From: an uncultured Ruficoccus sp.
Lineage (GTDB): Bacteria; Verrucomicrobiota; Verrucomicrobiia; Opitutales; Cerasicoccaceae
DNA length: 64,000 nt
Assembly: GCA_965140785.1 (NCBI GenBank)
Contig: OZ223481.1
Coordinates: forward strand, 96,001-160,000
Direction of reading: 5' to 3'
Made by a program: the position numbers and the translations under genes. Shown in pieces: positions 1 through 9,885 of the stretch (the first letter of the stretch is position 1; each line of letters begins with the position of its first letter). The notes beneath the pieces were generated by a model. The model did no database searches. It was not told the origin of the DNA and worked only from the letters and a program-made list of their open reading frames with translations.

Positions 1-1
1 T

Positions 2-2041
2 ATTGGCCTGCATACCTCCATCTGAGCCCAGGTCAATCGTGTTGGGCAGGCTCGGCGGAGTCTGGGGAATGTCATTCTGTCCGGTAATCGTAATCGCGCT
101 GGACTGCGAGCTGATGCTAAAGGCAGTGCTCAGAGAACGGTTGTTAGTGTTGATCGAGGTACCGGGAACGGTCAGCGGCGGAGTGCTCGTGCCGGAAATC
201 GAACGGGCGGTCGTGGAGGACACGTTCCAGTTGATCTGCATTTCGTCGAGTACGCCCTGGTTGACTTCGAGGAACTTGGCTTCGATTTCAACCTGCTTGG
301 GCTGGTCGTAGCGGCGCAGGATGTTGCGCATCTTTTCCAGGTTCTTCGGAGTCTGGGTCACAATCAGCTGGGTGCCGTCAAAGGCGAGGCTGGAGCCGCT
401 GGTGCTTTCGAAAGGCACACCGGCCTTCTGGAAGAACTGAAGCAAGGCCTGCTCGGTGTCGGAGGTGCTGTTACCACCGCCGCCGCCACCGCCGCCAGCC
501 GGGGCGAAGGGATCAGCCGGGGCGCTGGAGCCGGAAGACTCGCCCACTCCACCGGTCAGGCGAATAACCACCCCACGGGAGATCGGGAAGAACTCGGTTT
601 CGAGGTAGCCGCCGACCTCACCGGGGCGCACGACAACGGCGTCGTTTTGCACGTCCCAGGTGTAGTCCACCGACTGGGTGACGAAGTCGAGAATCTTGTC
701 GAGGCTCAGGTTACGCAGGGTGATGCTGACCATCGGGTCGTTGCCGCCCCAGTTGGCCGGGACGATGTTGACGCCCTTGTTTTTGGCCTCTTTGGTGGTA
801 TCGTCAAACTCGACGGAAAGCTCCGAGAGGGTTTCCACCACGCGGGAGAGCGGAACCTGGGCGAAACTAACACGGGGGATTTCGATCCGGGCCAGCTTAT
901 CCAACAGGGTTTCATCCTTCGGGCCGCCGCCATCCACCGGCTCAACTTCGAAGATCTGGGGGCGCTGCCAGGAGCGGGCGACCTCCTGCAACATTTCGTC
1001 GCGGGTCTTGGAGTGGTCGAGATAATTGGTATCCTTGAGCTGGCGCATGATTTCCACCTGCAGGGCTTTGGCGGCGGGGTTGGTGGGGTCGCGGGCTTCG
1101 ATTTCGCGCAGGGTGCCGGAGGCGCCTTCGTAGTCGCCGTAGAGCATCTGGGCGCGGGCCTTGACCATGAGCTGGTCAACCACCCCCTGGTTCTGCATGA
1201 ACTCCGGGCTCAATTCTTCGGGGTTCTGATACCAGGGGTTGTCCTGCAGATCCTTGATCTTGGCTTCAAAGGCACGGGCGCGTTTGTCGTCACCCAGCTT
1301 TTCGCGGTATTGGGCGAGGTAGGTGGCCGCATCGGCGGCATTGTGGTTGTCCAGCGCTTCCTGCGCCTGATCAAGAATGATGTCTCCGCGCAGTTGGCGG
1401 ATTTTCTCAATGGTGGGAGCTGTGGCGGTATTGAGAGTCAGGGAATTCTGAGCGTCAGCCAGAAGAGCGTCAGCATCAGCGTAGCGCTCGGACTTGATCA
1501 GCTTCTTGGCATCGTCAATGGCTTCATCTGCCATGTCGAGGGCCATGTCCTGGGAGGCGGCCTCAGCCTCCAGCACGGCGTCGAGCTCAGAAGTGGATTC
1601 ACCCGTCGGTGTCGGCGACGTATAGGAGCCGGCATCAACGATCTGCTCGCCATTGGGGTTCTCAGAAACGGCCACAACCGTAGTCGACTGAACGCCAGTC
1701 GAACTCGTGGACGCCGGATTGAATTCTTTGACTCCGGCGGCCTGGCCATAGACCGTCTGTTCTCCCTTTTGCTGGCGTTCGATGTCCTTATTGACGGCGA
1801 GCAGCAGTCGTTGAACATTCACGTCGTCGGGAGCCATGCGGAGCAATTCTTCCAAGTCGGCTTTGGCCTCTTGAAGGTCACCGGCGTCGCGGGCGCGAAT
1901 GGCTGAGGACATCAGGCGAATCTTTTCCTGTGTGTCGCTGCTTTGGCCCATCGAGGGGGTGGCAAGGAAAACCTGTCCCGTCAGCACAAGCGCCAAGCAG
2001 GCAATAGTCGTCAGGCGAGGGAGTTTTAGGATGTTTGTCAT
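2..2041 (-). CDS. Secretin-like outer membrane protein (Amuc_1098 family, T2SS/T4P GspD/PilQ-like); 3' end runs off the window
   Basis: Not in the ORF track. ATG at 2041 gives MTNILKLPRLTTIACLALVLTGQ (signal peptide), then an alpha-helical TPR-like region, then the secretin-domain entry DQPKQVEIEAKFLEVNQG. The start and the window-edge sequence are in the same frame. Confidence 0.85.
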   Translation of the reverse strand, partial: MTNILKLPRLTTIACLALVLTGQVFLATPSMGQSSDTQEKIRLMSSAIRARDAGDLQEAKADLEELLRMAPDDVNVQRLLLAVNKDIERQQKGEQTVYGQAAGVKEFNPASTSSTGVQSTTVVAVSENPNGEQIVDAGSYTSPTPTGESTSELDAVLEAEAASQDMALDMADEAIDDAKKLIKSERYADADALLADAQNSLTLNTATAPTIEKIRQLRGDIILDQAQEALDNHNAADAATYLAQYREKLGDDKRARAFEAKIKDLQDNPWYQNPEELSPEFMQNQGVVDQLMVKARAQMLYGDYEGASGTLREIEARDPTNPAAKALQVEIMRQLKDTNYLDHSKTRDEMLQEVARSWQRPQIFEVEPVDGGGPKDETLLDKLARIEIPRVSFAQVPLSRVVETLSELSVEFDDTTKEAKNKGVNIVPANWGGNDPMVSITLRNLSLDKILDFVTQSVDYTWDVQNDAVVVRPGEVGGYLETEFFPISRGVVIRLTGGVGESSGSSAPADPFAPAGGGGGGGGNSTSDTEQALLQFFQKAGVPFESTSGSSLAFDGTQLIVTQTPKNLEKMRNILRRYDQPKQVEIEAKFLEVNQGVLDEMQINWNVSSTTARSISGTSTPPLTVPGTSINTNNRSLSTAFSISSQSSAITITGQNDIPQTPPSLPNTIDLGSDGGMQAN

Positions 2042-2086
2042 GTGTGAGGCAACGTAGATCAGCAATACTAACGCTGAGGTGACTGA

Positions 2087-3034
2087 TTAATTAAAAAAGC
2101 TTTCGAATCCTTCCGGCAAATCACTATCACTTTCTGAGCCGGTTGGCTCATTTTTTTCTTCAGGTTTGGGCTCGGGGTTAACTTTTATGGGGTAAAGCGT
2201 CTTGATTTCAGGCTCCGGCTCGGTGCCGTCGTCCGAAGCAAAGGGAGTTTTTTCGACGGTTGCGGACTGGTTGTCAAAGTTAAACTCTGTTAAAGTGAAC
2301 GCGGCATCGTCAAAGGTTTTCTTATCGCCAATCTTCGTCCAGACGAAGCTTTCCGGCGGGTACGGCGCGGTCGTGGCCATGTGGATTTCAAACTGATCGG
2401 GCACATAACGACGCTCGGCTGTGGTCAGTGTCAGCTGCTCTCCACTGCGGGTATCGTTGATGACGACGGTCGGGTAACGGAAGATTTCCGTAGAGCCTTC
2501 ACGTTCAATCACCTTGCGCTCAACGTTGAACGACACGATTTCGAAATCCTGCGCGGGGAACTTGTCGCCCACACTGCCGCGAATGGTCTCGTGGTTCTCA
2601 TGGTTGTAGAACTGAACAATGGAGTGGTCGAAATCACCGTCGTCAGACTCGAAATAGGCCTCGAACTGAATGCGGAAGAGCTCGCGCTTGACGCTTTCAA
2701 GCACCACGCCGAAAGGTTTTTCCGGCTCCGGGGGCCGATAGGGGGACTGCCAAGTGAGCATGCCTGCCACCGGGTCCCAGTAAATCTTCGGTGGCGTGAA
2801 AACCTCGTAGCGGCGGGCGGGATTGTCGGCAACCGACTGAACATCCGGCCACTCCGTGCTGCCACGTTCGGCCTGCTCGGGCACGGTGACGGGCTCAAAG
2901 GTAGAGCCGGTAGGCTTCCCAGCCTGGGCCTGGCTAGCTGGACCGGCATCCGAGCCCAGAAAATAGAAAGCCAGAGAGCCGGCCAACAGCAGCAAAGCAA
3001 CAGCGAAAAAGATCTTATCGTAAAACTTGTTCAT
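2087..3034 (-). CDS. Amuc_1099-family pilus-system protein
   Basis: 315 aa with an N-terminal TM segment (KIFFAVALLLLAGSLAFYF) and a VFTPPKIY motif; lies between the Amuc_1100-like gene and the secretin. Confidence 0.65.
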   Translation of the reverse strand: MNKFYDKIFFAVALLLLAGSLAFYFLGSDAGPASQAQAGKPTGSTFEPVTVPEQAERGSTEWPDVQSVADNPARRYEVFTPPKIYWDPVAGMLTWQSPYRPPEPEKPFGVVLESVKRELFRIQFEAYFESDDGDFDHSIVQFYNHENHETIRGSVGDKFPAQDFEIVSFNVERKVIEREGSTEIFRYPTVVINDTRSGEQLTLTTAERRYVPDQFEIHMATTAPYPPESFVWTKIGDKKTFDDAAFTLTEFNFDNQSATVEKTPFASDDGTEPEPEIKTLYPIKVNPEPKPEEKNEPTGSESDSDLPEGFESFFN

Positions 3035-3049
3035 GCGGCAGTCCGATGA

Positions 3050-4126
3050 TTACATGGGGTTTTTCGAAGAGGTGGTGTCTTCCAGGGTGGCGACATCGGA
3101 TGGTGCCTTCACCAGGACCTTGATGTATTCGACCACGACGGTGAACTGCGAAAGATTTTCCTCAACCACCGGCTCACGAGAGGCCTCACGCGCGGCTTCA
3201 TTGGGAGCGGCATCGGCGTCGCCGCCCATATCAAAAAGGCTGAAGGGGTTGTCGGCACGATTCGAGGACGACGAACGCGCCGTGCTCTTTTGTTGGAAAG
3301 GCTGGACCTCAACGCTGCGCACGACCAGGGGCAACTCGAACTCCTCCAATTGCTTGAGGAACGTCCGCAGGCTGGGCGTATAGCCGGTGAAAACAAAACG
3401 GAACGCCACGGTCTCAACCGCTCCCGGGACGCGGGCGCTGATAGAGCCGACTTCGAACTCGTCCTTGGGGCCATTTGCGTTGCCGGCATTAGAGCGGCGG
3501 GCGTTGCTACCCGAGGCCGTGTCGGACTTCTCGGTCTCCACGTCCTGGATCTGCACCTCGCGCTGGATCGACTCGATCGAGAAGGGCTCGCTGTCGTAGA
3601 GCTTGCGCAGCAGGTAGGCGAGGATCTCCTTTTGCTCGTATATGGCCGGTATGAACTTGGCCGGGGGCGGAGTCCCGCTGTCGAGAAAACGGGAGAAACT
3701 GAAGGCGAAATCGTCGGGAAGCTTGATGCCGGTAGTACCCTCCGGGGCGCCCAGCGGCACAACCTCGGCGGCGTCTTTCGTGAACTGCTCCTTAAAGGCC
3801 TCCAACTGGAAAAGCATGTCGGTCTCGGTCTGGGGCGGTTTCTTCGAGATAAAGGTCGGCACGCGGCCCTTGGTCGCCTCGATCTGTGCCTGCAGGGCCG
3901 TGGCGAGCTCCTGCACGTTCTTCTCGGAGACTTCGGCGTTCTCAGAGGTCGGCGCCGGACTCAGTCCGAGGGCGGACCGGTAGCTGCGCTCGGTCTGATC
4001 GAAACGTTTCTCAGCCTTCGTCAGACCGGTATAAGAGAGGTAAATGAAGACGAGCCCGGCCACAAAGAGCAGGCAGAACACGGCGACAAGGCTGGTAAAA
4101 ACAGGGTATTTTTTAAAGAAGCCCAT
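3050..4126 (-). CDS. Amuc_1100-family pilus-like protein (PilO-like position)
   Basis: 358 aa: N-terminal TM, coiled coil, FAFSFSRF and FTGYTPSLRTFL...LVVRSVEV segments; directly downstream of pilM. Confidence 0.75.
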   Translation of the reverse strand: MGFFKKYPVFTSLVAVFCLLFVAGLVFIYLSYTGLTKAEKRFDQTERSYRSALGLSPAPTSENAEVSEKNVQELATALQAQIEATKGRVPTFISKKPPQTETDMLFQLEAFKEQFTKDAAEVVPLGAPEGTTGIKLPDDFAFSFSRFLDSGTPPPAKFIPAIYEQKEILAYLLRKLYDSEPFSIESIQREVQIQDVETEKSDTASGSNARRSNAGNANGPKDEFEVGSISARVPGAVETVAFRFVFTGYTPSLRTFLKQLEEFELPLVVRSVEVQPFQQKSTARSSSSNRADNPFSLFDMGGDADAAPNEAAREASREPVVEENLSQFTVVVEYIKVLVKAPSDVATLEDTTSSKNPM

Positions 4127-4135
4127 GCTCGGAAA

Positions 4136-5776
4136 TCAAAGGGGTTTCTCCGGATTGGTGATGAGATTAAACTCGAACTTGAGGATGCGCGGATTGCTGT
4201 TGTCGAACCGGATGTTGGCCACCTTGTCGATAAAGTCGGACTCGGTGAAGCTGTTCAACAAGCTGTTCACACGATCGGCAGCCTCCTGGTTGCTCGCGGC
4301 GGGATTTTCCGGATCGTAGTTGGTGATCAGGATGCGGCCCGTCATCTTCAGGCGGTCGCCGGAAGCGCGGTCGAGCTGGAGGTTTTCCAGCCAGACGTCC
4401 TGAACGTCCTGCAGGCGCTGCTGCAAGTCGGTGAAGAAAATTATCCAGTTCGAGCGCGAGTTGACCAGCTCCTCCAAATCGCCGACATCCTTGCTCAGTT
4501 CGGCCGCCTCGTCGCGATTGGAAACGATTTGGCTGTGGAGGGCATTGAGCGGAGCGACTCTGCTCTGCACCTGGCGGGCGGCCTCGTCGTACTTGGCTGT
4601 CGCGCCCTTGAAGGCCAGGATCGGCGGCACGGTGGCCAGCGCCAGAAGAATGGCGGCGATGGCGATAAAGGGGCGCTGCTTGGCGAAACGCATCTCGTCG
4701 GCCAGGCCGGGAGGCAGCAGGTTGATATCCACCGGCTCGGGAAGGACGAGGCGGGAAGCTTCCCCGATCACTTCACCCAGCGAATAGGCATCCACTTCCA
4801 GCTCTTCCTTACTGAGGGAGCCACCGAGGTGAACATTCTGAAGCGGGTCGAAGTAATCAACCGGCACCTTCTGCTGTTCGCTGAGGAACTCGGGCAGGCC
4901 CGGCAGGAGCGAGCCGCGGCCGGTCAGCAGGATGCGGGTCGGGGCCTTGGCCCCGTGCTGGCGGCGGAAATTGACGATCGAACGGGTAATATCCTGGCTG
5001 ATCCGGCGCTGGAAAATCTGCGCGTTATTCTGGAGAATCTGGACCGAGGGGTGATCCGCTTCATAGCTGGTCTGGCCGGAGAAAAAGGCCACCTTGACCT
5101 TTTCAGCCTCATTGAACTTCTTGCCCAGATTGTCGGCCAGGTTCTGCGTCAGGGAATTGCCGCCGAGGGCGATATTGCGAATAAAGAAGCCGTCCTCGTT
5201 AATAAAGACAAGATTCGAGGAACGTGCCCCGATATTGACCAGCAGGGTGTCCTGGTCGTCCTCCTGATAGTTGAGCTTGTAGGCGTTGTAATCGAGGATG
5301 GAGGCCGCCGGAATGCGCTCGGGCGAGATACCGTAGGCGCCGACCTGCTGGCAGAACTCGTTGATCGTGTCGGACTTGATCGCAATCAGGATGACCTCGG
5401 TCTCGACGCCGTCGTCGGCGATCACCTGGTAGTCCCAAACCACGTCGCTCAACGGATAAGGGATGTTCTGCTGAGCCTCGAAGGCGATGATCTGCGCCTG
5501 CTTAGCGGCCTCGACATGGGGAACCTTGATCGTCTTGGTCAGCAGCTGGTAGCCGGGGGCGATCAGGGTGGCGGGGCCGTGGAACTTATTCTGGCGAAGG
5601 ATGTCACCTAGTTTAAGCGTCAATGCGCCCAGCCATTCCTCATCGATGGAGTAATCGTAATCCAACTCCTCGACGATAAAGTCCTCCAACATCAAGTCTC
5701 CGCTATTCACGGAGAAGGTCGAAACGGACACGTGGCTGGCACCACAATTGATAATCAGGGTCTTGGAAGCACTCAT
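4136..5776 (-). CDS. pilM: Type IV pilus assembly PilM (actin-like ATPase) fused to a PilN-like domain (Amuc_1101 family)
   Basis: Motifs FEAQQNIPYPL, LLVNIGARSSNL, IALGGNSLT, ILLTGRGSLL, followed by INLLP + TM + coiled coil as in PilN. Confidence 0.85.
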   Translation of the reverse strand: MSASKTLIINCGASHVSVSTFSVNSGDLMLEDFIVEELDYDYSIDEEWLGALTLKLGDILRQNKFHGPATLIAPGYQLLTKTIKVPHVEAAKQAQIIAFEAQQNIPYPLSDVVWDYQVIADDGVETEVILIAIKSDTINEFCQQVGAYGISPERIPAASILDYNAYKLNYQEDDQDTLLVNIGARSSNLVFINEDGFFIRNIALGGNSLTQNLADNLGKKFNEAEKVKVAFFSGQTSYEADHPSVQILQNNAQIFQRRISQDITRSIVNFRRQHGAKAPTRILLTGRGSLLPGLPEFLSEQQKVPVDYFDPLQNVHLGGSLSKEELEVDAYSLGEVIGEASRLVLPEPVDINLLPPGLADEMRFAKQRPFIAIAAILLALATVPPILAFKGATAKYDEAARQVQSRVAPLNALHSQIVSNRDEAAELSKDVGDLEELVNSRSNWIIFFTDLQQRLQDVQDVWLENLQLDRASGDRLKMTGRILITNYDPENPAASNQEAADRVNSLLNSFTESDFIDKVANIRFDNSNPRILKFEFNLITNPEKPL

Positions 5777-5861
5777 GCGGGGAGACAGGGGTTTTCCAGG
5801 CGTTCGGGCAACAGGGCAAGTAAAATCTTCACGGCGATACGCTTATATCACCTCTTCGCGA

Positions 5862-6455
5862 TTACTTCGGCTCTTTGCGAATAAATGCCGGGGGAGAACG
5901 GTCAATGGGACCGTAAGGTGACAAATAATAAGGCACCAGAATGCCTTCGGTCTGGCTGAGCTGCCCGGAGGCGTTGCTCATAAAGGTGGAGAGCATGGTG
6001 GCATTGTTAACCGTGCGAGAGGTGTTCTTTTCCCGCATCGGCACTTCCTTGCCGTCCACGGTCAGTTCGATCACCCAGTAGTCCGGCTCCTTCGGCAGAT
6101 TGTTGCGATCGATGATGTCTTCGGGAATCCAAAATGCGAACAGCTTATCCTGCAGGGTTTCCATCGTGGCGATGGTCACCTCACTCTGCATGAAGAGAAA
6201 AATCTTCTTTTTCTTGTCGATCTCGTAGCCGACCGTCAGGCGCACACCGATGTTGTCGAGGTACTTGGGGTCGAGCGCCTTGGGGTCGGGATTGTCGTTC
6301 GCGCGCAGCTTGATCGCAATATTGCTCCAGTTGTACTGGCCGACGTTGTTATTGAAATCCACGTCGGTCACCTCGACCGGATCGGTCTGGGCTTGGAGGT
6401 GAAGGAGGCTGGCAACTAGAATCAGGAGGGGTAGGCAACAACGAAACATAGTCAT
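5862..6455 (-). CDS. Amuc_1102-family secreted pilus-like protein
   Basis: Signal peptide (MFRCCLPLLILVASLLHLQA), beta-rich body, GILVPYYLSPY C-terminus; upstream of pilM; start at 6455 or 6449. Confidence 0.65.
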   Translation of the reverse strand: MTMFRCCLPLLILVASLLHLQAQTDPVEVTDVDFNNNVGQYNWSNIAIKLRANDNPDPKALDPKYLDNIGVRLTVGYEIDKKKKIFLFMQSEVTIATMETLQDKLFAFWIPEDIIDRNNLPKEPDYWVIELTVDGKEVPMREKNTSRTVNNATMLSTFMSNASGQLSQTEGILVPYYLSPYGPIDRSPPAFIRKEPK

Positions 6456-6583
6456 CGGGGGAGTAAAAAGCACTCGGGCTGGACAGTTCAATCACAAATC
6501 TTGGGCGAAAAAAAAATAAGCGGAGCCGGGGTGGTGTATAACCCACAGTTGACCCGGTTGTTTATCTTTCTATCACTTCGGGG

Positions 6584-7081
6584 ATGGATTCTGTGCTGCC
6601 TTTTCGCATCAGCGTGCTGCTTTTTATCCGGGACGAGACCGGCCGACTGCTGCTCATCGAACGCCGCAAGGCCCCCAATCTGGGCTGTTGGAGCCCCATT
6701 GGCGGCAAGCTGGAGATGACCGAGGGCGAGTCTCCCTACGAGTGCGCCATCCGCGAAACCCGCGAGGAAACCGGCCTGGAAGTGACCGAAAAGGACCTGC
6801 ACCTGTTCTCTATGATCGCCGAAAAGGGCTATGAAGGCTCCGGCCACTGGCTCATGTTCCTCTTCGACTGCCACAAGCCGCTGGCTGCTCTGCCCCCGGA
6901 AATCGACGAGGGCCCGATGGGTTTCTTTACCCGCGAGGAGGTGGACACGCTCAAGGTTCCGCCCTCCGACCGCCACCTGATCTGGCCCAACTACGATCGG
7001 CACAGAACCGGCTTCATCGCCCTGCGGGCCGATTGCCAGCCAGAAACCGATTTACAAATTGTTGTTGAAGAAACGCATTAG
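6584..7081 (+). CDS. NUDIX hydrolase (MutT-like)
   Basis: Nudix box GGKLE..EGESPYECAIRETREETGL. Confidence 0.9.
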   Translation: MDSVLPFRISVLLFIRDETGRLLLIERRKAPNLGCWSPIGGKLEMTEGESPYECAIRETREETGLEVTEKDLHLFSMIAEKGYEGSGHWLMFLFDCHKPLAALPPEIDEGPMGFFTREEVDTLKVPPSDRHLIWPNYDRHRTGFIALRADCQPETDLQIVVEETH

Positions 7082-7144
7082 CGGGTTCACATTCGTCAGC
7101 CCTGAACGCCGGGCCTCCACTGCCCGCTCAACCTCTTCTATGCC

Positions 7145-8251
7145 GTGAGCAGCGATACCGATATCTATAAAAAGCCTGAATATGTCAGCGTAATACCCGA
7201 CACGGATTACTCCGATGCCGAGGTCAACAAGGTCCTCACCCCGGAGCAGAAAATCCAGCTCTACCGGGACATGGTCCGCATCCGCCGCTTCGAGGAGCGC
7301 AGCATCCGGGTCTATCAACAGGGCAAGATTGGAGGCTTCCTTCACCTTTACATCGGCCAGGAAGCCGTCGCCGTGGGTACGGTCTCCCTCCTGGGCGCCG
7401 ACGACCACGTCATCACCGCCTACCGTGATCACGGGCACGCTCTGGCCGTAGGCATGAACATGAACGAGTGCATGGCCGAGCTTTGCGGCAAGCACACCGG
7501 CTGCTCCAAGGGCAAGGGCGGGTCGATGCACTTTTTCGCCCCGGACAAGAACTACTGGGGCGGCCACGGTATCGTCGGCGGGCAGACGCCGCTCGGGGCC
7601 GGTCTGGCCTACGCCCTCAAGTACCGCGGCCTGAAGGGCTGCGCCCTGTGCTTCATGGGCGACGGCGCCGTCAACCAGGGTGCCGTGCACGAAGCCTTCA
7701 ACCTCGCCCAACTCTGGGAGCTGCCGGTGATCTACATCATTGAGAACAACGGCTACTCCATGGGCACCAGCCAGGTGCGCTCCTCGGCCTTCAACGAGTA
7801 CCTGGCCAAGCGCGCCGAGGGCTACGCCATGGCCTGGGACGTCGTCAACGGCAACAACCTCTACAGCGTCCGCGCCGCTACCGCCGAGGCCATCAAGCGC
7901 GCTCACGAGGAGTCCATGCCCACCCTGCTGGAGATCATCACCTACCGCTACCGCGGCCACTCCATGTCCGACCCGGACAAGACCTACCGCGAAAAGAAGG
8001 AAGTCCAGGAGTACAAGGAAAAGAAGGACCCGATCACCGTTTTCCAGAAAATCCTGCTGGAGGAAAAAGTCCTCACCGACGAGCTCATCCAGTCCATTGA
8101 CAAGGAGGCCAAACAGGAGGCCGAAGACGCCGCCAGCTTCGCCGACCAGAGCCCGTTCCCGCCCGTGGAATCCATCACGGAGGACATTTACTGGGAGGAA
8201 GACAACCGCAGCGAGAAGACCAACTCCCAGGGAACCATCATCTTTGAATAA
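7145..8251 (+). CDS. pdhA: Pyruvate dehydrogenase E1 alpha subunit
   Basis: GFLHLYIGQEA, TPP-binding GDGAVNQG...ENNGYSMGT, YRYRGHSMSD. Confidence 0.95.
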   Translation: MSSDTDIYKKPEYVSVIPDTDYSDAEVNKVLTPEQKIQLYRDMVRIRRFEERSIRVYQQGKIGGFLHLYIGQEAVAVGTVSLLGADDHVITAYRDHGHALAVGMNMNECMAELCGKHTGCSKGKGGSMHFFAPDKNYWGGHGIVGGQTPLGAGLAYALKYRGLKGCALCFMGDGAVNQGAVHEAFNLAQLWELPVIYIIENNGYSMGTSQVRSSAFNEYLAKRAEGYAMAWDVVNGNNLYSVRAATAEAIKRAHEESMPTLLEIITYRYRGHSMSDPDKTYREKKEVQEYKEKKDPITVFQKILLEEKVLTDELIQSIDKEAKQEAEDAASFADQSPFPPVESITEDIYWEEDNRSEKTNSQGTIIFE

Positions 8252-8290
8252 GCGGGTCGCACCCGCGGGCAATTGAGGGGCTCCACCGCT
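8252..8290 (+). repeat. REP-like hairpin repeat, family R3 (partial copy)
   Basis: GCGGGTCGCACCCGCGGGCAATTGAGGGGCTCC starts directly after the pdhA stop and resembles the reverse complement of 42991-43028. Confidence 0.65.
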
Positions 8291-8354
8291 GCGCTTACCT
8301 CGCCCGCGACCCCGCCCCCTAAATTTTCTATCTTCTTAACGTCCAAGTTTCGTC

Positions 8355-9329
8355 ATGGCTCAGATCACTTACCGCCAAGCAATTAACGACGCCCTCGCCG
8401 AAGAGGTCGAACGCGACGAAAACGTCGTCGTCATGGGTGAGGAAGTCGCCCAGTTCGACGGCGCCTACAAAGTCACCGAGGGCTTGCTCAAGCGCTTCGG
8501 CCCCAAACGCATCGTGGACACGCCCATCTCCGAGGCCGGTTTTCTCGGCATGGGCATCGGCGCCTCCATGATGGGCATCCGTCCAGTCATGGAGCTGATG
8601 TTCTGGAGTTTCTCCTACGTGGCCTTTGACCAGCTCTGCAACAACGCCGCCGCCGTGCGCTACATGTCCGGCGGGCTCATTAACTGCCCGATCGTTGTGC
8701 GCGGCCCGGCCAACGGCGGCACCAACGTCGGCGCCACCCACTCCCACACGCCGGAGAACCTCGTGGCCAACCACCCCGGCATCAAGGTCGTGTGCCCCTC
8801 CAACGCCTACGACGTCAAGGGCCTGATGAAGACCGCCATCCGCGACAACGACCCGGTCTTCGTGATGGAGAACACCATTCTTTATAATGACAAGTGGGAG
8901 GTGCCCGAAGAGGAGTACCTCATCCCGCTGGGCAAGGCCAATATCCTGCGCGAGGGCAAGGACCTCTCCATCATCGCCCACGGGCGCGCCGCCATCACTT
9001 CCCTCAAAGCCGCCGAGGAGCTCAAGTCCAAGCACGACATCGACGTGGAAGTGCTCGACCTGCGCTCCATCCGCCCGCTGGACGAGGAAGCCATCATTGA
9101 GACGGTAAAGAAGACCAACAACGTCCTGCTGGTGGAGGAAAACAAGCCCTTCTGCGGCGTCGGCGCCCAGATCTCCTTCCTCATCCAGGAAAAGGCCTTC
9201 GACTACCTCGACGCGCCGATCAAGCGCATCAGCGCCATCGACTCCCCGCAGATTTACTGCAAAAAGCTCGAAGACATCCAGATCCCCAACGTCGAACGCG
9301 TCGTCAACAAGGTGCTGGAGATGGCGTAG
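8355..9329 (+). CDS. pdhB: Pyruvate dehydrogenase E1 beta subunit
   Basis: MGEEVAQFDGAYKVT, DTPISEAGF, GPANGG...GATHS, DLRSIRPLD. Confidence 0.95.
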   Translation: MAQITYRQAINDALAEEVERDENVVVMGEEVAQFDGAYKVTEGLLKRFGPKRIVDTPISEAGFLGMGIGASMMGIRPVMELMFWSFSYVAFDQLCNNAAAVRYMSGGLINCPIVVRGPANGGTNVGATHSHTPENLVANHPGIKVVCPSNAYDVKGLMKTAIRDNDPVFVMENTILYNDKWEVPEEEYLIPLGKANILREGKDLSIIAHGRAAITSLKAAEELKSKHDIDVEVLDLRSIRPLDEEAIIETVKKTNNVLLVEENKPFCGVGAQISFLIQEKAFDYLDAPIKRISAIDSPQIYCKKLEDIQIPNVERVVNKVLEMA

Positions 9330-9349
9330 AGGGACAGGGGATTTATTTA

Positions 9350-9459
9350 GCCACAAAAAGGCACAGAAGGCACAAAAATGGAGAAGGAGCGTATCCTGGC
9401 TGAGATCCGGCGTACCGCTCTGGAAAACAATGGAGTGCCTTTTGCGCCTTTTTTGCGGC
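9350..9459. repeat. Inverted-repeat element, family R1 (GCCACAAAAAGGCACAAAA arms), copy 1
   Basis: Left arm 9350-9377 GCCACAAAAAGGCACAGAAGGCACAAAA; right arm 9435-9459 GTGCCTTTTGCGCCTTTTTTGCGGC. Confidence 0.85.
9378..9440 (+). pseudogene. 21-codon 5' gene fragment enclosed by R1 arms; resembles the N-terminus of GIY-YIG/HNH-associated nuclease proteins
   Basis: The ATG immediately after the left arm gives MEKERILAEIRRTALENNGVP, which then runs into the right arm at GTGCCT. The family resemblance is from memory, not a search. Confidence 0.45.
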
Positions 9460-9486
9460 CAATAAATATTCTCCTTCCATTCGACC

Positions 9487-9867
9487 ATGTCTTGGCAAAA
9501 CATCAATGAGCTTTGCGACATCGTCAGGGAGACCTCGTTTGCCATCCACCGCTACCTGCGCAACGGCCACCTCGAAAAAGTTTACGAAAACGCTCTCGCC
9601 CACCGTCTCCTAAAGCAGGGGCTCAAAGCGATTCAACAACACCCGCTAACCGTTTATGACGAAGACGGCACCATACTAGGTGAATATTTTGCGGACCTTT
9701 ACGTTGAAAATCTGCTTTTCATTGAACTCAAAGCTGGCAAAGCCCTTGCCGATGAACACACAGCACAGCTTCTGGGGTACTTACGGGCGGCTAGAATCGA
9801 ACATGGACTGCTGATTAATTTTGGAGCCCCAAAATTGGAAATCAAAAAATACATCGTATCTCTATAA
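9487..9867 (+). CDS. GxxExxY protein (PD-(D/E)XK nuclease-like)
   Basis: GHLEKVY motif, ADLYVE..LFIELKA, AQLLGYL, GLLINFG; 126 aa. Confidence 0.92.
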   Translation: MSWQNINELCDIVRETSFAIHRYLRNGHLEKVYENALAHRLLKQGLKAIQQHPLTVYDEDGTILGEYFADLYVENLLFIELKAGKALADEHTAQLLGYLRAARIEHGLLINFGAPKLEIKKYIVSL

Positions 9868-9885
9868 TGAGCTTAATTTTTCATT

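Noticed and set aside
647..5611. Long plus-strand ORFs 647..1906 and 3290..5611
   Set aside because: Antisense shadows of the minus-strand pilus genes, as expected from GC-rich codon bias; no recognisable motifs.
6508..6516. A9 tract in the divergent pilus/NUDIX promoter region as a phase-variation switch
   Set aside because: The tract is short, no promoter elements could be placed around it with confidence, and there is no evidence of length variation.
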